Assembly: GCA_965243185.1 (NCBI GenBank)
Contig: OZ251531.1
Span: forward strand, 2,534,532-2,598,531
Direction: 5' to 3'
DNA: 64,000 nucleotides
Source: Dehalococcoidia bacterium
Lineage (GTDB): Bacteria; Chloroflexota; Dehalococcoidia; Lucifugimonadales; UBA3495
A model generated the notes under the pieces. That model had not been told where the DNA came from, made no database searches, and saw only the letters and a list, made by a program, of their open reading frames with translations. A program made the translations under genes and the position numbers. Every line of letters starts with the position of its first letter. Position 1 is the stretch's first letter. Below, piece by piece: positions 35,950 to 45,054 of this stretch.

Positions 35950-36531
35950 CTACTCCCGCCGTTTCCGCACCACATAAGTGCCGCCGATGTGGTCGTGCCA
36001 GCCCCGCTTTTCCTTGTCCCAGCCGACCCACAGGTAGCCCAGCAGCAGGGCGAGGCCGGACAGGAACTTGCCGACGATTTCCCGCAGCAGAACCGCGCCG
36101 AATCCCGGGATGTTGCCGCTTCGGTTCACCACCTGCACGCCGACAATCATCTTGCCGATGGTCTGACCTTTGGCGGTGATGAAAGCGACATGGTAAATCC
36201 AGCCGACAACCAAGCCAATGAGGTTTGACGCCGTGTCGCCCGAGCCGAACCCCAGCAGAGAGCGCAGTACCCAGCCGGCTAAAAGAGCGACAATGCTAAT
36301 CAGAATGACGTCAATCAGGGCCGCCGCAACTCGAATCCAGAATCCCATATATTCCACGCCGCCGGCGAACTGGCCGCCGGGCGGATTAGCCATCCCCGGC
36401 GCATAGCTCGGCCCGCCGCCGGTCAGCGGGTCAGTTGCCGCGCCGCAGTTGGGACAGAAACGCGTGCCCGGTTCCTGTTCCCGGCCGCAGGTGGCGCAAA
36501 AGGCAGCGTTGTCCTCGGGGTGGTAAGCCAT
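35950..36531 (-). CDS. Zinc-ribbon plus RDD-domain membrane protein
   Basis: An ATG at 36531 follows an AAGGAGAA RBS. FCATCG...FCPNCG is a zinc ribbon. WIRVAAALIDVIL...GQTIGKMIVGVQVV...WHDHIGGTYVV is an RDD domain. Confidence 0.7.
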   Translation of the reverse strand: MAYHPEDNAAFCATCGREQEPGTRFCPNCGAATDPLTGGGPSYAPGMANPPGGQFAGGVEYMGFWIRVAAALIDVILISIVALLAGWVLRSLLGFGSGDTASNLIGLVVGWIYHVAFITAKGQTIGKMIVGVQVVNRSGNIPGFGAVLLREIVGKFLSGLALLLGYLWVGWDKEKRGWHDHIGGTYVVRKRRE

Positions 36532-36607
36532 TGACTTTCTCCTTACTTCGGGATGGTGTCTGATACTGAAACCTTTTACCAAGCCGCAGGCTAATCGCTT
36601 GGTGGCA

Positions 36608-37522
36608 CTACCAAGGCGGTTTCATTCCCCTTTGCTTAAGATAGTCCGTCAGCATCTTGGTTAAGAAGGGTACTACCGCGGACGGAATGCCGTTCTTAAC
36701 GGCTATTTGCTTAACATCCAACTTTCCATTAGGGTGAGTCTTTATATACTGGATGACCGCAGGAATAACGAAGATCTCGATGATCATCAGAAACGGCTCC
36801 AGATCCGAACTGTCCGAGTTACCGGATTTCACCGGAGCGCGTTCCCTTTCCTGACGAGCGGCTTCCTTTTGGGCCGCCTTCCGTTCCGCCCGTTCTGCCT
36901 CTTTTTGTGCTCGCCGCTCCTCCTTTTGGGCGGCGATGTTTTCTCGAATAAGCGCGCTCTCAGCTTCTTTAATAGCGCGTTCATATTCAGAAGGTTCAGA
37001 ACGCTTGGAAAGCATTATCCGAATAAGCTCGGGACGCTCGGAAAGTGCTGCCCGAATAAGCTCGGGAGGGATGGCTTTTCTCCTGGAGCGTTCCTCCTCC
37101 TTGGCAAGTTTCTTTTGGGTAATCCTATGCTTTAGAGAATCCAAGACCGGGATCTTGCTGCCAAAAGCAACCGCTCCTTTCATAGGGAGAGTAGGATTTT
37201 CCGGGATGGTGCTAGATCTGACAGCAGCCTCAACTGCCGCTATGCCGCACCATTTGCAATAGTTGTCACCAAGGTTAAGCGAACCTCCGCAATGGGCGCA
37301 AGCAAGTTGCGGTTCTGTCTCCACCGGTTCGTTAAGCGGAATCCTAGCAACCCCGCACCGGCTACAGAAGTTGGCGGTCGGGTTTAGCTGATTGCCGCAG
37401 GCAACGCAGGCAACTACGGTTTCCGCAGACGACGCTTCTTGCTCTTGGCGCAGAACATTGCCGCACCAATGGCAAGATTCAGCCTGTTCCGGGTTGTGGC
37501 TGACGCACTTGGGACAAATCAT
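36608..37522 (-). CDS. Triple zinc-ribbon protein with a charged coiled-coil and a C-terminal domain of unknown function
   Basis: CPKC...CHWCG, CVACG...CSRCG and CAHCG...CKWCG are three ribbons, followed by EERRAQKEAERAERKAAQKEAARQERE. The gene is visibly lower in GC than its neighbours. Confidence 0.6.
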   Translation of the reverse strand: MICPKCVSHNPEQAESCHWCGNVLRQEQEASSAETVVACVACGNQLNPTANFCSRCGVARIPLNEPVETEPQLACAHCGGSLNLGDNYCKWCGIAAVEAAVRSSTIPENPTLPMKGAVAFGSKIPVLDSLKHRITQKKLAKEEERSRRKAIPPELIRAALSERPELIRIMLSKRSEPSEYERAIKEAESALIRENIAAQKEERRAQKEAERAERKAAQKEAARQERERAPVKSGNSDSSDLEPFLMIIEIFVIPAVIQYIKTHPNGKLDVKQIAVKNGIPSAVVPFLTKMLTDYLKQRGMKPPW

Positions 37523-37540
37523 TTTGATACCCCGCCAAGT

Positions 37541-37939
37541 TTAGTTGCCCGGCCGGTTCCGCACTACCCAAGTTCCGCCAATGCGGTCGTGCCAGCCGCG
37601 CCGTTCCGGATCAGCCAAGACGCCAAAGATGCCTACTATCCCGATTAACTCCCGCAGGATAAGCGGGGCTAGGCCGGGTTTGCTGCCTTGACCGTCCACC
37701 ACCCGCAAGCCCAGCAGCATTTTGCCCGGCGTCCGGCCCAAGGCGGCGATAAGGATGATGTGGTACAGATAGAGGGCGACCGGAGCCCCGACGGTTTGAA
37801 TGATTTGCGGAGGAATGATGCCGGTACTGCGCTCAAAGGCGAAAACCGCCAGCAGGACAGCGGCGTACACGATGACCGCGTCAATCAGAAAAGCCGCCAC
37901 CCGCAGCCCGAAACTTGCGCCGTTGTTGGATTGGGCCAC
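37541..37939 (-). CDS. RDD-family membrane protein
   Basis: FGLRVAAFLIDAVIVYA...GRTPGKMLLGLRVV...WHDRIGGTWVV is present. Confidence 0.7.
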   Translation of the reverse strand: MAQSNNGASFGLRVAAFLIDAVIVYAAVLLAVFAFERSTGIIPPQIIQTVGAPVALYLYHIILIAALGRTPGKMLLGLRVVDGQGSKPGLAPLILRELIGIVGIFGVLADPERRGWHDRIGGTWVVRNRPGN

Positions 37940-37973
37940 AATCCCGTCTCCCTTGCCGCCGCGCCGTTGGCGG

Positions 37974-38315
37974 CTAGTTTCGGTAGTAGCTGGCGGCCCG
38001 GTTCAAGTCCCGCTGCACCAAAAACCATACCGCCGGGGCGAACACCAGCCACAGGATGAATAGGGCAATCCCCGGGTACTTTTCGCCGATGAATTGGGCG
38101 TACTGGTGGGCGTGATGCCACACGGCAAAGAGGTTGGCAATGGGAATAATCGACAGCACCGTCCACCAGCCGGCCCCGGCGGCGCTGCTGTTGGCTTGGT
38201 GCAGTTCCTTGAGGGTGGCGTAAAACCAGTAGATGCCGTAAATGCCAACGGTGATGATATACAGGATAACCTGCACCACCATATTGCGGTACTTGATGTG
38301 GTCATACTGGAACAT
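37974..38315 (-). CDS. DUF4234-like membrane protein
   Basis: An ATG at 38315 follows an AGGAGG RBS. VILYIITVGIYGIYWFYATLKEL is the DUF4234 hallmark. Confidence 0.6.
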   Translation of the reverse strand: MFQYDHIKYRNMVVQVILYIITVGIYGIYWFYATLKELHQANSSAAGAGWWTVLSIIPIANLFAVWHHAHQYAQFIGEKYPGIALFILWLVFAPAVWFLVQRDLNRAASYYRN

Positions 38316-38394
38316 ACCGCCCTCCTGATCCCGACTGCGGCCCGGCAAGCGGCATTTTAGACCGGCGCCGCCGCCCTGTCAAATTGCCTTGCCT

Positions 38395-39396
38395 TTAACC
38401 ATCATCCCCCGCCCATACTAGGGCCGCCGCGCCCATCATTCCCGCCGCATCGCCCAAGCGGCTTGGCACCAGCCGAAAGTTGCGGTGGCCGTCGCTCATC
38501 GCCCGTTCCAACAGCAGTGTATTCAGATGCGGCAGCAAGCCCTGCCGCACTAATCCCGCCGACACGCCCCCGCCCATCACCAGCAGGTCAGGGTTATAGA
38601 GATGCAGCACATTCACCAACCCCACGGCCAAAGTCTGCACCGCTGTTTCCACAATATCCTGGGCTAAAGCGTCCCCTTGGCCGGCGGTCTCAAAAACCGT
38701 CTCGGCAGTGATTTGCCCGGCGGCCAGGCGGGATAATGCCGAATTCGCTCCCGGTTCCGCCGCCCGCTGCCGGGCAATGCGGGCAATGGCTGTCCCTGAC
38801 ACCAACGCCTCCAGACAGCCTTGCCGCCCGCACTTACAGCGCGGCGCATCACTGCTGCGGTCAACGACCTGATGCCCGATTTCTGCCGCCATCCCGTTAG
38901 CCCCCAGAAACAGCCGCCCCCGGTCAATCACGCCGCCGCCAATGCCGGTGCTGACGGTAACATAGACCAGCGTTGTCGCCGTGTTCTGCCGCCGCCGCGC
39001 CGCTAATCCCGCCCCGTAGCGATATTCGCCCAAAGCCGCCAGGTTAGCGTCATTCCCAATCCGCACCGGAAAGCCCAAATCCGGCTCCCAAAGGGCTTTA
39101 AGGGATACCCCGTTCAGCGCCGCCAGGTTCGGCGGATCCAGCAAAGCTCCGGTCGCCGCATCCACCGGCCCGGCGACGGCAATGCCCAAGCCGGCAATGG
39201 GCCGGGGGCCGCACCATTCCCGCGCCTGCTCAATCAACCCGGCGCCGCAAGCCAGTAGCTGCTCTTTATCCGCTCCCGGGGGGTTGGGCAAACGGGATTG
39301 CCACAGCATTTCCCCCTGCCGGTCCACTACTGCGATTCGGTTCCAGGTGCCGCCCCAATCCATTGCCAGGGCCGCCATTGCCGCCGGCGTCGTCAT
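38395..39396 (-). CDS. ROK-family sugar kinase or regulator (glucokinase-like)
   Basis: LAMDWGGT, IGNDANLAALGE, TVSTGIGGGVI, AEIGH and CKCGRQGCLE (ROK zinc motif) are present. Confidence 0.85.
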   Translation of the reverse strand: MTTPAAMAALAMDWGGTWNRIAVVDRQGEMLWQSRLPNPPGADKEQLLACGAGLIEQAREWCGPRPIAGLGIAVAGPVDAATGALLDPPNLAALNGVSLKALWEPDLGFPVRIGNDANLAALGEYRYGAGLAARRRQNTATTLVYVTVSTGIGGGVIDRGRLFLGANGMAAEIGHQVVDRSSDAPRCKCGRQGCLEALVSGTAIARIARQRAAEPGANSALSRLAAGQITAETVFETAGQGDALAQDIVETAVQTLAVGLVNVLHLYNPDLLVMGGGVSAGLVRQGLLPHLNTLLLERAMSDGHRNFRLVPSRLGDAAGMMGAAALVWAGDDG

Positions 39397-39535
39397 CGCT
39401 GCCTCCCCTTTCCGAACCCGGCCGGGCGGCCGGGTCTGCTGATTTTCTCCCGACTATCTTATAAGTCTCTGGTGAAAATGGGAATAGGGGGCCGGGCAAG
39501 TCCGGATTAGCGCTTATGGAATTGTCTTGCCCCGC

Positions 39536-40351
39536 CTAGCCATCCGTTGGCGGCCACAGGTTGGGGAAATAGGCTTGCGCTTTAGCCAATATGCCGTGCG
39601 GCAAGTCGTCCGGCAGCGGCTCCAAGCGGAACCGGTCGGATGCCCAGGTTGCAGTAGCAGCCAAGGGATAATACTTTAGCTGGCCGCCCGATTCTCCATA
39701 CCACTCAAAGACCCGGCCGGCGGCGTTATCGCCGTTGAGGTGATTGCCGACCCGCGCCACGCCGTTTCGGGTGTAAATCGGGAAGTACCAGTTTAAGGAA
39801 TCCGGCTGCGGCAAAGTCAAGGCAAACCGGTGCAGCTGATACCAGCCAGCGGTATTCCAGGATAGCACCAAGTAGCAACTGCCCGCCAAGTCAACAGCAC
39901 CGCCGGCGGCGATACTGACTTCGGTATGCCAGTCGCTTACCTGTTCCAGCAGGCTGTGGCCTACTTCGGCCGGATGTTCCTGGTAATTTCCCTGGTCAAT
40001 GCCGCGAGTTCCCAAGTAATCCCAGAACTTCCGGGCGGAGTTGGACAATTCCAAAGTTACCCGGCCATCCCGCCCGATGCGGTTTAACTCCCGGCGCATT
40101 TTACAGGAAATCCCGTAATTTACGCCCGGTCGGGCCAGGTCCGGCAAGCGGACATCGAAAATATCCTTGCTCTCCGCCGCAACGCCGTTGAAAGTCAAGG
40201 CCACGGCCCGCTCAAAGTCGCGCCAACCGGGCAAAGTTCGCCTATTAGCCGCGGCAAGCATCCCCGTCCCATCCTGATAGGTACTCAGGATGAGGCGAAA
40301 CCTTTCTAACTCTTGCGGGGTCGGCAGCCGCTCCGCCAAGGCTACGGGCAT
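39536..40351 (-). CDS. Putative type II restriction endonuclease (no recognised family)
   Basis: A 271-aa ORF directly downstream of an XRE/C-protein gene and divergent from a Dam-like methylase. A possible PD-(D/E)xK remnant is present (SKDIFDV...YGISCKMRRE). The assignment is mainly by context. Confidence 0.5.
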   Translation of the reverse strand: MPVALAERLPTPQELERFRLILSTYQDGTGMLAAANRRTLPGWRDFERAVALTFNGVAAESKDIFDVRLPDLARPGVNYGISCKMRRELNRIGRDGRVTLELSNSARKFWDYLGTRGIDQGNYQEHPAEVGHSLLEQVSDWHTEVSIAAGGAVDLAGSCYLVLSWNTAGWYQLHRFALTLPQPDSLNWYFPIYTRNGVARVGNHLNGDNAAGRVFEWYGESGGQLKYYPLAATATWASDRFRLEPLPDDLPHGILAKAQAYFPNLWPPTDG

Positions 40352-40392
40352 TATTACCGCCTTTCACCCCTTGCTATCCGGGCAAGGGGCAT

Positions 40393-40623
40393 TTACAATT
40401 CGTCTTTGAGCAGTTCATCGGTAGTCACCTCAAAGAAACGGGCGGTACGGAGTACCAGCCCGGCAGTAGGCAACTTCCGGCCATTTTCCAGTTCGCTGAG
40501 ATAGGCGTGGGTTTTGTAACCCAGGGCAACGGCCAACTCTTGGAGGGTCAAGCCGCGCTGTAGCCGCAGCCGGCGCAACTTTTCACCGAACCGGGTTATT
40601 TCGCTGTTGTCCGCCCTTGACAC
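40393..40623 (-). CDS. XRE-family HTH protein, probable R-M controller (C) protein
   Basis: FGEKLRRLRLQRGLTLQELAVALGYKTHAYLSELENGRKLPT is present. GTG start at 40623. It lies upstream of and on the same strand as the putative endonuclease. Confidence 0.7.
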   Translation of the reverse strand: MSRADNSEITRFGEKLRRLRLQRGLTLQELAVALGYKTHAYLSELENGRKLPTAGLVLRTARFFEVTTDELLKDEL

Positions 40624-40645
40624 GGGTTTTCTCCCCGGCTAGAAT
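40617..40645 (+). promoter_or_regulatory. Near-consensus promoter TTGACA-17-TAGAAT for the methylase gene, overlapping the C-gene start
   Basis: ttgaca (40617-40622), a 17-nt spacer, then tagaat (40640-40645). A TGTC-N9-GACA inverted repeat lies at 40645-40661 immediately downstream. Confidence 0.55.
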
Positions 40646-40691
40646 GTCTCTATTCGCGACAAATTCCCTACATACCCCGAGGTCTGAACCG

Positions 40692-41567
40692 ATGCTCATC
40701 CATCAGCCGGACGCCCCGCCCTACAAATCCCTCAACAGCCCCTTTAAGTGGGTCGGCGGCAAGTCCCGGCTCCGCAAAGCCATCATCCCGTTGCTGCCGC
40801 CCCATACCTGCTATGTGGAACCCTTTGCCGGGGCGGCTTGGGTGCTGTTCGGCAAGCCGCCCAGCCCGGTGGAAGTGCTGAACGATATTGACCAGGAGTT
40901 GATTAACTTTTTCCGGGTAGTGCGGGAACAGCCGCAGGAATTGATTGCCTCTTTTCAATGGGAACTGGTGTCCCGGGCCGAGTTCGCGCGGCTGGCCGGG
41001 TTGGACTTGTCGGAACTTTCCCCCGTCCAGCGGGCCCATCGGTTTTACTACCTGATAATGGCTGGTTGGGGCGGCGAGGCCGCCTATCCCCGCTTTCAGA
41101 CCGCCATCTCCGACGCCGGCCACGGCAACCGGCTGGCCGGCGCCCTGAAAACCCTGGAGCGGCGGTTGCTGCCCATCCACCAGCGGCTCAGTACCGTCAT
41201 CATCGAAGCCCTGGACTGGCGGGAATGTCTGGAGCGTTACGACCGACCGCGCACGGTGATGTACCTCGACCCGCCCTATCCGGGCAACGGAGCTAACTAT
41301 CGGCACAATATGCGCGCCGCTGCCGACCATCAGGAACTGGCTGACCGCCTCAACGCCGCCCGTTGCCGCTGGATACTATCCTCTTATGATACCCCGGAAG
41401 TATATCAGTTATTCGACTACTGCGTCATCACTCCGGTGCAATCGGCTTCCGGAATGAAAACCGGCGCGGCCGCCGCCCGCGCCGGCCGCCACCGCACCCT
41501 GAACCGGGAAGTGCTGATAACTAACTTCCCGCCGCCGGCCGCGCCGCAATATCTGATTGCCGGGTGA
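40692..41567 (+). CDS. D12-class (Dam-like) N6-adenine DNA methyltransferase
   Basis: NSPFKWVGGKSRL, YVEPFAGAAWVLF and VMYLDPPYPG are present. Confidence 0.85.
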   Translation: MLIHQPDAPPYKSLNSPFKWVGGKSRLRKAIIPLLPPHTCYVEPFAGAAWVLFGKPPSPVEVLNDIDQELINFFRVVREQPQELIASFQWELVSRAEFARLAGLDLSELSPVQRAHRFYYLIMAGWGGEAAYPRFQTAISDAGHGNRLAGALKTLERRLLPIHQRLSTVIIEALDWRECLERYDRPRTVMYLDPPYPGNGANYRHNMRAAADHQELADRLNAARCRWILSSYDTPEVYQLFDYCVITPVQSASGMKTGAAAARAGRHRTLNREVLITNFPPPAAPQYLIAG

Positions 41568-41787
41568 GGAAGTCCCGATTTATGATAGCGTTGCATTTCG
41601 GGTGGTTCAGCCGGCGATTTGACTTGTACCCTTACTGCAAAACCCCAATTTACCAATCAAACCCCCTAAATCGGAACGCTACCCGATTTATTCCGGCCCC
41701 TTGCGCTCCTTTCCCATCTGCGCTAAAGTAGCCGCCCGCGTATCCCCTACTTCTGGCAAAAATTCGACGCAAGGAACTTTACCCGCT

Positions 41788-42717
41788 ATGGACATTCTGG
41801 TTTCCGGCTCTTTGGCTTATGACCGCATTATGGACTTTCCCGGCCGCTTTGCCGACCACATTATGCCGGACAAGATTCACATGATAAATGTGAGTTTCAC
41901 CGTCAACGGGCTGCGGGAAAACTTTGGCGGCACTGCCGGCAACATCGCCTACTGCTTGTCCCGCCTCGGCATCAACTCCCGCATCATCGCCGCCATCGGC
42001 CACGACTACCACCGTTACTTTGACTGGTTCGCCGAGTGCGGCCTGTCCACCGACCAGATCCGCATCATCCCGGAGGAGGCTACGGCGTCGGCTTACATCA
42101 CCACCGACCAGGCGGACAATCAGATTACCGGCTTTAATCCCGGCGCGATGAAACATCCGACCGGGTTTGACTTTGCCGGGATTGTACCGGCCCAAGCCAT
42201 TGCCATCGTTGCTCCCGGCAATTTGCAGGATATGGCGGACTATACCGCCGAGCATAACCGCCGCGGCATCTATACCATCTTTGACCCGGGGCAATCGCTG
42301 CCGGCTTGGCCGGCCGAGGGTTTGACCCGCTGTATCAGCCAATCCAACCTGCTGGTCTCCAACGACTATGAACTGGCGTTGATTCAGGACAAGACCGGCC
42401 AGTCGGTTACGGAACTGCTGGAACTGACCGGCGCCATCGTTACGACCAAAGGCGAGCAGGGGGCGGAGGTAGTTACCAAAGTTGGCACGGTGCCGGTGCC
42501 GGCCGTGCCGACGGCCAATGTGGTTGACCCCACCGGAGCTGGCGACGCTTTCCGCGGCGGTCTGCTCAAGGGCTTGGTCGCCGGTCTGCCGTTGGAGCGG
42601 GGGGTAATGATGGGCGCGGTCTGCTCCCACTACGCCATCCAGAGCGTCGGCACGCAGGTTTATGACTTTACCCCGGCGGAGTTTGACGCCAAGTTGGTGG
42701 AGTGCTACGGCGCATAA
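41788..42717 (+). CDS. PfkB-family carbohydrate/nucleoside kinase
   Basis: MDILVSGSLAYD, GGTAGNIAY and VVDPTGAGDAFRGG (PfkB signature 2) are present. Confidence 0.85.
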   Translation: MDILVSGSLAYDRIMDFPGRFADHIMPDKIHMINVSFTVNGLRENFGGTAGNIAYCLSRLGINSRIIAAIGHDYHRYFDWFAECGLSTDQIRIIPEEATASAYITTDQADNQITGFNPGAMKHPTGFDFAGIVPAQAIAIVAPGNLQDMADYTAEHNRRGIYTIFDPGQSLPAWPAEGLTRCISQSNLLVSNDYELALIQDKTGQSVTELLELTGAIVTTKGEQGAEVVTKVGTVPVPAVPTANVVDPTGAGDAFRGGLLKGLVAGLPLERGVMMGAVCSHYAIQSVGTQVYDFTPAEFDAKLVECYGA

Positions 42718-42759
42718 GCGACCGGGGCAATCATAAGGATTGCCCCGGCATAGCCGCCG

Positions 42760-43845
42760 CTACCAGGTGGGCTTGGGGTTGTTGACCACGGACGGGTTGA
42801 GGGTATGGACTGAAGTATGCCCGCAGTGGCCCAGCACTAAATCCACTTCGTGGCGCAGGATTTCCAACATCAGGCGCACGCCGTCCGCGCCGTTCCACGC
42901 CAAGCCCCAGAACAGCGGCCGCCCGACCAGCACCGCCCGCGCGCCCAAGGATAAGGCTTTGATGACATCGCTGCCGCGCCGGATGCCGGAATCCATATAG
43001 ATTTCGGCGCGGTCTTTAACGGCGTCAACGATTTCCGGCAGCATTTCAATGGTGGACAGGGTGCCGTCCAACTGCCGCGCCCCGTGATTGGACACCCATA
43101 TTCCTTCCACGCCATGCTCCACGGCTTGGTAAGCGTCCTCGGCGGTGCGGATGCCTTTGAGTACCAGCGGCAGGTTAGTCTGTCGCCGCAGCCAGCCCAA
43201 TTCGCCCCAAGTCAGCGGCTGGGTAAAGGGACGCTGATAATAGAGGGCGTCGAGGGTATCGGCGACTAAGCCCAAGCCGGCCGCCTCGCCGACAAAGTTG
43301 CCGGGATTAAAGCCGCGCGGCCGTTCCGAACCGTGCTTGATGCTGCGCTCGATGGGGCTGTTCACCGGCATATCCACGGTAAGGCAGATGGCTTTGTAGC
43401 CGGCTTGTTCGGCCCGTTGTACCAGCATTGCGCTGGTTTCTTGGTCTTGATGGTAGAGCTGAAACCACAGCGGCCCACTGGCGGCGGCCGCCACATCCTC
43501 CATACTGTAATGGGAGCCGGTAGCCAGTACCATCAGCGTGGCGGCGGCTCCGGCGCCCCGGGCCGTAGCCAGTTCGCCGTCCGGGTGCGCCATCTGATGC
43601 CCGCCGGCCGGGGCTACCATTACCGGAAAACTGATTTTCTCGCCCAGCACGGTGGTGGACAAATCCCGGTCGGCAATATCCTCGAGAAAGCGGGGGCGCA
43701 GGGTAATGGCATCGAGGGCGGTGCGGTTGCGCTTGACGGTAACTTCATCCTGCGCCGCGCCGTCGATAAAAGCCCAAGCGTGGGGGCTGATAAACTTGGC
43801 GGCGTGGGCTTCCAGTTCATACAAGTTCAGCGGTTCCAGTCGCAT
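42760..43845 (-). CDS. FMN-dependent alpha-hydroxy-acid oxidase/dehydrogenase (LldD or glycolate-oxidase family)
   Basis: From the ATG at 43845: LYELEAHA...WFQLY, LTVDMPV, LKGI, VSNHGARQLD and DSGIRRGSDVIKALSLGA are present. Confidence 0.85.
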   Translation of the reverse strand: MRLEPLNLYELEAHAAKFISPHAWAFIDGAAQDEVTVKRNRTALDAITLRPRFLEDIADRDLSTTVLGEKISFPVMVAPAGGHQMAHPDGELATARGAGAAATLMVLATGSHYSMEDVAAAASGPLWFQLYHQDQETSAMLVQRAEQAGYKAICLTVDMPVNSPIERSIKHGSERPRGFNPGNFVGEAAGLGLVADTLDALYYQRPFTQPLTWGELGWLRRQTNLPLVLKGIRTAEDAYQAVEHGVEGIWVSNHGARQLDGTLSTIEMLPEIVDAVKDRAEIYMDSGIRRGSDVIKALSLGARAVLVGRPLFWGLAWNGADGVRLMLEILRHEVDLVLGHCGHTSVHTLNPSVVNNPKPTW

Positions 43846-44000
43846 CGTAAAAATCCTTTCAGCCGGCGTAGGATGGGCCGGGGGAAATGGAATGTGGGTT
43901 AAGGCAGGGGGGTATTGTAGCACAGGGTGGGGTGGCACTGTTTCCGAAAATGTCTGCCCGGAGCGGATTACAACGCGGCTGAACCATCCCGGAGCAAGAA

Positions 44001-44030
44001 TTGGAACCCCCCGCCGGTTTGCGCTATAAT
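44001..44030 (+). promoter_or_regulatory. Promoter TTGGAA-18-TATAAT pointing into the IS5 element (and the protease gene beyond it)
   Basis: ttggaa lies at 44001-44006 and tataat at 44025-44030. Confidence 0.45.
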
Positions 44031-44089
44031 TGCCCCTCGCCGAACCGGCCGGAGGGCGGCGCGCTGCGAATACCGCTGCGGGTGGACTA

Positions 44090-45043
44090 CTAGGGCGTGT
44101 TGACATTCAGAGCTTCCGAATGGTCTCGGCCCTTTGATAAACTGACTCCGGTCGTTGCTGCTGCTTGGTGCCGATGAACCACGACGCCAAGTTGACGAAA
44201 CCCGCATAATTCTCCGCCAATTTGGCATAGCGGCAAGCCACTACCCGGAACTGCTTGAGGTCAGCAAAGGCATTTTCTATCAGATGCCGGCTCTGGTAGC
44301 TCCACGCATCAAACCATATTGGAACCCGGCGGTTCGACTTGCCGGGGATCGTGGCACTAATCCCCAGGACGGCCAACCCACGGCGCACCCCAGCGCTGTC
44401 ATAAGCCTTGTCCCCCAGGAGCTCGGCGGTCTGACACAAGGGAACGCCGGTTAATAGAGGGGGCAACTCGGTTACTTCGGCAGCGTTCCCCGGCCTTAAC
44501 AAGAACTTGACGACGCGGCCCCGTTTATCGGTCAAGGCCAGCAGTTTGGTGGTCAGCCCGCCCCGGCTCCGGCCGATGGCTTGGTCTTGCCGGCTGGCCG
44601 TGGCAGCGCGTCCCCCTTTTCCGGGCCGGAACCGTGCTGATGAACCTTGATAAAAGTCCCATCCACCATCACGGTGGTAAGGTCCAGTTCCTCTTGTAGA
44701 GCCGCCAGCAGGTTAGCAAACACGCCACTTTTGACCCAGCGCCGGAACCGGCGATAGACCGTGTTCCACTTGCCGAAGTAAGGCGGCAAATCGCGCCATG
44801 GGGCGCCGGTGCGGGCCACCCAGAGGATGCCCTCCACCGTTTTACGGTTGTTATTCCCGGTGCGGCCCGGGTCGGAAGCCTTGCCCGGCAAAAGGGGTTC
44901 CAGGCGTTTCCACTGCGCGTTGGAGAGCTTGGTTCGCGGCATAATGCGACCTCCGTTCCGCTGAAACACTTTAGCGGAACTAGGGGGAAAGTTCAAGCAT
45001 TTGCAGATACAGATTTATACTGGTGAATGTCAACACGCCCTAG
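44090..45043 (-). mobile_element. IS5-family (IS427-like) insertion sequence, about 950 bp
   Basis: The 20-bp perfect IRs are ctagggcgtgttgacattca (44090-44109) and tgaatgtcaacacgccctag (45024-45043). The outer CTAG may be the target or its duplication. Confidence 0.85.
44107..44942 (-). CDS. IS5-family transposase, orfA (44553-44942) plus orfB (44107-44535 and upstream), joined by a -1 frameshift near GGAAAAGGGGG
   Basis: orfA reads MPRTKLSNAQWKRLEPLLPG...GAPWRDLPPYFGKWNTVYRRFRRW. The -1 frame continues GGRAATASRQDQAIGRSRGGLTTKLLALTD...GDKAYDS...YQSRHLIENAFADLKQFR, which is typical of this IS5 group. Confidence 0.85.
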
Positions 45044-45054
45044 GAGCGATACCA

